A stretch of 27,792 nucleotides of DNA from an uncultured Opitutia bacterium (GTDB lineage: Bacteria; Verrucomicrobiota; Verrucomicrobiia; Opitutales; UBA953): the NCBI GenBank assembly GCA_903840235.1, contig CAIMFE010000192.1:1-27792 (forward strand). Reading direction: 5' to 3'. Shown piece by piece: positions 24,695 to 27,792 of this stretch. The notes under the pieces were generated by a model. The model was not told the origin of the DNA. It saw nothing but the letters and a program-made list of their open reading frames with translations, and searched no databases. Numbering within the stretch: the first letter of the stretch is position 1; the number at the start of each line of letters is the position of its first letter. The translations under genes and the position numbers were made by a program.

Positions 24695-25938
24695 AACCAA
24701 AAACCCGTAAAGGCTCCGTCATTATTGTTGTTTTAGTGTTAATCACTCTAGCCTCGCTCCTGCTTGCAAGATTTATGGAGGACAACTCCTTGGAGCTTTC
24801 CATGTCGATGCGCGAAGTAGACCGACAAAGATTGCGGGTTGATGCGATGTCCGAAATGGAATTGGCGCTCGGAGTGATTAATGAAATCCGCGCCATCGAT
24901 TTAAATAAAGTCCACGCACCTAGCCAAGGCTTTGCAGACCCTCACGCCTACATTGGCATTCCGCCCCGCGAGGGCTTAGAAGTCAGTTTTGTGTACGAAG
25001 ATGAAAGCAGTAAGTTGCCGCTAGCGAGTATGGATAAAAATGGATTAATCCAATTACTCTATGCACTGGGACTAGAACAACGGGATGCCGAACGCGTTTC
25101 GGATGCGTTGGTTGCGTGGACTAATAAAAAATATGAATCTATCGAAGAAGAAGCGACGGATGCCGCCTACCAACGGGCTAAACTTTCTTTCAAGCCAGCG
25201 CGTCGCCCTTTGCGATCGTTTGAGGAACTCCGAACCGTGGGAGTCGTTAAAGATTTCTTCTTTGACGAAAAAGGTAACGAAACTCCCCTGCTTACTTCGT
25301 TTAAGGAATGTGTGAGTTTGTATACATTCAGTGATACTAATATTAATACGGCGCCCGACGCTCTGCTTTATGCTCAAGGACTCGATGAACGTCAGGTTGC
25401 GTTAATTCGGGAGAAACAAGCCAACATGAAGCAGAATATTGCCGGCAGTCCTCCCTATTTTCGGGTCACGCGCGAAGTACGAACTTTAATTGGAGGCAAC
25501 GCACCACTCAAAGGGTTCGACGACGAAATTCACCTGATGTGGATTCGCGTGACGGTTAAAGAAGGACAGGCCAAGTGTCGGGTGAATGCACTGGTTTCCA
25601 TTCGTGATGACGTAACTTATGCGGGCCCCGTGGAAGACCCTAGTACGGTCACCGCGATGGATGCTAAAAGCACCACGGGGGCACGAACCTTTACCTCAAA
25701 TACAAAATCCTCCACGGCCACTGATGGTACGGCCTCAAATAATTCATCGGGAACCTCGACAACCTCCAGCGGGTCTACTTTATCAAGACGCAACACTTTC
25801 ATCACCCCCGGCGTCATCCTCGGCACTGCCAGTAGTGTCTCACTGGGAGGACGCACGACCGCCCAAACCATCAACTACCCTTTTAGAATTCTTGCCTGGT
25901 CCGAAGACAATGGACCTCCACCCACCGCAAAACAATGA
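24691..25938 (+). CDS. gspK: Minor pseudopilin GspK
   Basis: RKG|SVIIVVLVLI (no Glu5, as in GspK), YEDESSKLPL, DALVAW, PLRSFEEL, NINTAP. Confidence 0.85.
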   Translation: MKPKTRKGSVIIVVLVLITLASLLLARFMEDNSLELSMSMREVDRQRLRVDAMSEMELALGVINEIRAIDLNKVHAPSQGFADPHAYIGIPPREGLEVSFVYEDESSKLPLASMDKNGLIQLLYALGLEQRDAERVSDALVAWTNKKYESIEEEATDAAYQRAKLSFKPARRPLRSFEELRTVGVVKDFFFDEKGNETPLLTSFKECVSLYTFSDTNINTAPDALLYAQGLDERQVALIREKQANMKQNIAGSPPYFRVTREVRTLIGGNAPLKGFDDEIHLMWIRVTVKEGQAKCRVNALVSIRDDVTYAGPVEDPSTVTAMDAKSTTGARTFTSNTKSSTATDGTASNNSSGTSTTSSGSTLSRRNTFITPGVILGTASSVSLGGRTTAQTINYPFRILAWSEDNGPPPTAKQ

Positions 25939-27041
25939 GTTCACTTTTTTCCAAAAATCGCGCGTCCGCCGCGCTTCTCCCAGGAAATCGTTTTTTCGTT
26001 CGTTTAATTGAATTGGAACCCGACAATATCGCTAGCCAAGTTTCTCTAGCGATTGAGACTGTATCTCCCTTCCCATCCGAGCAAATGTTGATGGGCTACA
26101 TAACCAGCAACGATAATAAATGGGCTTTAGCCTATGCGGCTCATCGTCGACGTTTTACCGCTGAAGAAAGTTTTGCATGGCCCGATGACTGCCAAGTAAT
26201 TCCGGAATTTTTAGCTTTGCTCGGTCAACGACCCGAGAAAGGTGGAATTTTAATTCATGAAGGCACTAATCTTTTAACCGCGCTGGCGTGGAATGAAAAC
26301 CAGCCCCTACCTAAGTGTGTTCTAGTAGTAGATAAAAAAGATAGCAGCGTAGATCTCTTAACCAAAGAAATCATCGAGCGCACGGGGCTGCCCACCAGCA
26401 CACCCGTCGTGCATACCACAGGTGAATTTACCAGTGCACGAAACGATTCACTATTAATTTTGAATTGTGATGATGGTAAGCCCTTCCAACTTTCCAGTAA
26501 TCAATTAGATAATGCAGATATTCGTGACGCTGATTTTTTAAGTACGCGAAGAAAGAAAGAACGGGTTAACAAACTATTATGGAACACCGCGCGCGTCGCC
26601 CTAGGCGTTATTATCTTATCATTTATTTTTGAAGTCTCTGCATTTCTTATTAACTGGAGATCCAATAATCTCCGTCTCATCAACGAAAGCCGGCAGTCTG
26701 CAGTTCAAGAAATTGAGTCAGCCCAAGCCATCTCCGCACGCATCACAGAGATGAATACTAAAGCTCCGCTGCCGCTCGAAATGCTAGCCGTGGCAAATGA
26801 ACATCGTCCACCCACCGTCGATTTCCAACGCGTGAATTGTAAAAATAATACTCAACTTGAAATCGAAGCACGCACCACTAACGCGAGTGATGTTTATGCT
26901 TTTGAAAAATCTCTCAAAGAAACGCCGGGGGTCACTTTTGTGGCGACCAAAGATATGCGGGCCCGGGATAACTTTACGACATTTAGCGTCACCATCACCT
27001 TTAAGCCCGAAACCCTCCGCAAAGGAGTTAGTAATAAATGA
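25935..27041 (+). CDS. gspL: GspL/PilN-like inner-membrane assembly protein
   Basis: Cytoplasmic N-domain (QVSLAIETVSPFPSEQM), single TM near residue 215-235, coiled coil and periplasmic ferredoxin-like end (LEIEART...FEKSL...TTFSVTI); position after gspK. Confidence 0.65.
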   Translation: MSSLFSKNRASAALLPGNRFFVRLIELEPDNIASQVSLAIETVSPFPSEQMLMGYITSNDNKWALAYAAHRRRFTAEESFAWPDDCQVIPEFLALLGQRPEKGGILIHEGTNLLTALAWNENQPLPKCVLVVDKKDSSVDLLTKEIIERTGLPTSTPVVHTTGEFTSARNDSLLILNCDDGKPFQLSSNQLDNADIRDADFLSTRRKKERVNKLLWNTARVALGVIILSFIFEVSAFLINWRSNNLRLINESRQSAVQEIESAQAISARITEMNTKAPLPLEMLAVANEHRPPTVDFQRVNCKNNTQLEIEARTTNASDVYAFEKSLKETPGVTFVATKDMRARDNFTTFSVTITFKPETLRKGVSNK

Positions 27042-27565
27042 AGCATTTCTTTTTCAGTCTCCAAACTCGTGAGCGCATTATGGCCCTCTTGGCCTTGGTC
27101 ATCGGTGCAATCATCTGGTCAACGGCTTCATGGTCGCGCGTTAATTCGGGATGGGATGCGTGGCGGGCCTTAGAAAACGAAAATCAAATTCAACAAACGT
27201 GGTTAAAGAACGAGCCCGCTATTCGTCAGAATGCAGCCAAAGCGATCCAAGGACTAGAAGCAGGTCGCGGTTACAATGATTCGCAATTGGTTGCCGAAGT
27301 AATCGCCGCCACCAAAGAAGTTGGTCTCAATGCCACCACCGAAACACCGAAGACCCAGAAGGCTGGCAAGTTCGCCCTTCACACGATGCAACTGAGCTGT
27401 CGACGCACTGATATGGCGACCGTGGTTAAGTTCTACGAAAACCTCCGCCCGCGCGCGCCCTACCTTTCTATTAGTTCGTTTAGTTTGCAGTCTGATCGTG
27501 GAAATTCAGGTACCGTTACGATGACCGTGCAAATAACGGCCTTGGAACTTATTAATACTAAGTAA
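27038..27565 (+). CDS. gspM: GspM/PilO-like protein
   Basis: SLQTRERIMALLALVIGAIIW N-terminal signature of GspM-like proteins, single TM, position after gspL. Confidence 0.68.
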   Translation: MKHFFFSLQTRERIMALLALVIGAIIWSTASWSRVNSGWDAWRALENENQIQQTWLKNEPAIRQNAAKAIQGLEAGRGYNDSQLVAEVIAATKEVGLNATTETPKTQKAGKFALHTMQLSCRRTDMATVVKFYENLRPRAPYLSISSFSLQSDRGNSGTVTMTVQITALELINTK

Positions 27566-27567
27566 GT

Positions 27568-27792
27568 TTAGAAGCGGAAGCTAGCGCTGACTTCGAATAC
27601 CGCGGCGACAATCGCAAAAGCGATGAACGCAACGAATGAGAAAGCGGCGATTAAAACGCTCGCTGAAATGGTTTGGGAAATCGCTCCGAGCCAGCGATCC
27701 AACTCCGCGCGATAAGACCGAGCAATATCACGCAGGCCTGGCGCTAAATTACCAGTCTGCTCCGCTACCGCCACACGATCTAATAAGAGTCG
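27568..27792 (-). CDS. Type II secretion system F family protein (GspF/PilC), 3' end only
   Basis: Open frame to the window edge: RLLLDRVAVAEQTGNLAPGLRDIARSYRAEL followed by a final TM helix, matching the GspF/PilC C-terminal vgE.sG.L...L..ia..y pattern. Confidence 0.85.
   Translation of the reverse strand, partial: RLLLDRVAVAEQTGNLAPGLRDIARSYRAELDRWLGAISQTISASVLIAAFSFVAFIAFAIVAAVFEVSASFRF

Noticed and set aside
1-27792. CRISPR arrays, IS elements, integrases, prophage genes, rRNA, riboswitches
   Set aside because: No regularly spaced repeats, transposase or recombinase motifs, phage genes or recognisable structured-RNA consensus were seen by eye; an Rfam/CRISPR scan was not possible.

Overview
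Compact bacterial chromosome segment. Gene content and protein styles suggest a PVC-superphylum organism, probably Verrucomicrobiota/Opitutia; this is inference only. Left part (1-6393): housekeeping genes ftsK (partial), a HAD hydrolase, prfA, an orphan pilin-like gene, tcdA, a small Tsr3/DTW-type aminocarboxypropyltransferase-like gene and purC. Middle (6394-19254): an accessory-looking block with an AbrB-Doc toxin-antitoxin pair carrying a tandem palindromic operator, and an ebo gene cluster (eboB-E-C-D-F). The cluster has no eboA, has a 90-aa unknown ORF in front of eboB, and is tightly preceded by a CAP59-like glycosyltransferase and a YbjQ gene. The block continues with a cytochrome c, a PAS-AraC regulator, an MFS transporter with an internal 50-aa duplication, a bidirectional terminator and a GH29 alpha-L-fucosidase, followed by tRNA-Ser(CGA). 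Right part: a COG3014-like/LpoB lipoprotein pair and a translationally coupled type II secretion operon (gspC-like, G, H, I, J, K, L, M) facing a convergent gspF/pilC. The best candidate for an undescribed system is the extended, eboA-less ebo operon, which may make a glycosylated prenyl-cyclitol. All family calls come from motif recognition by eye; no searches were run.
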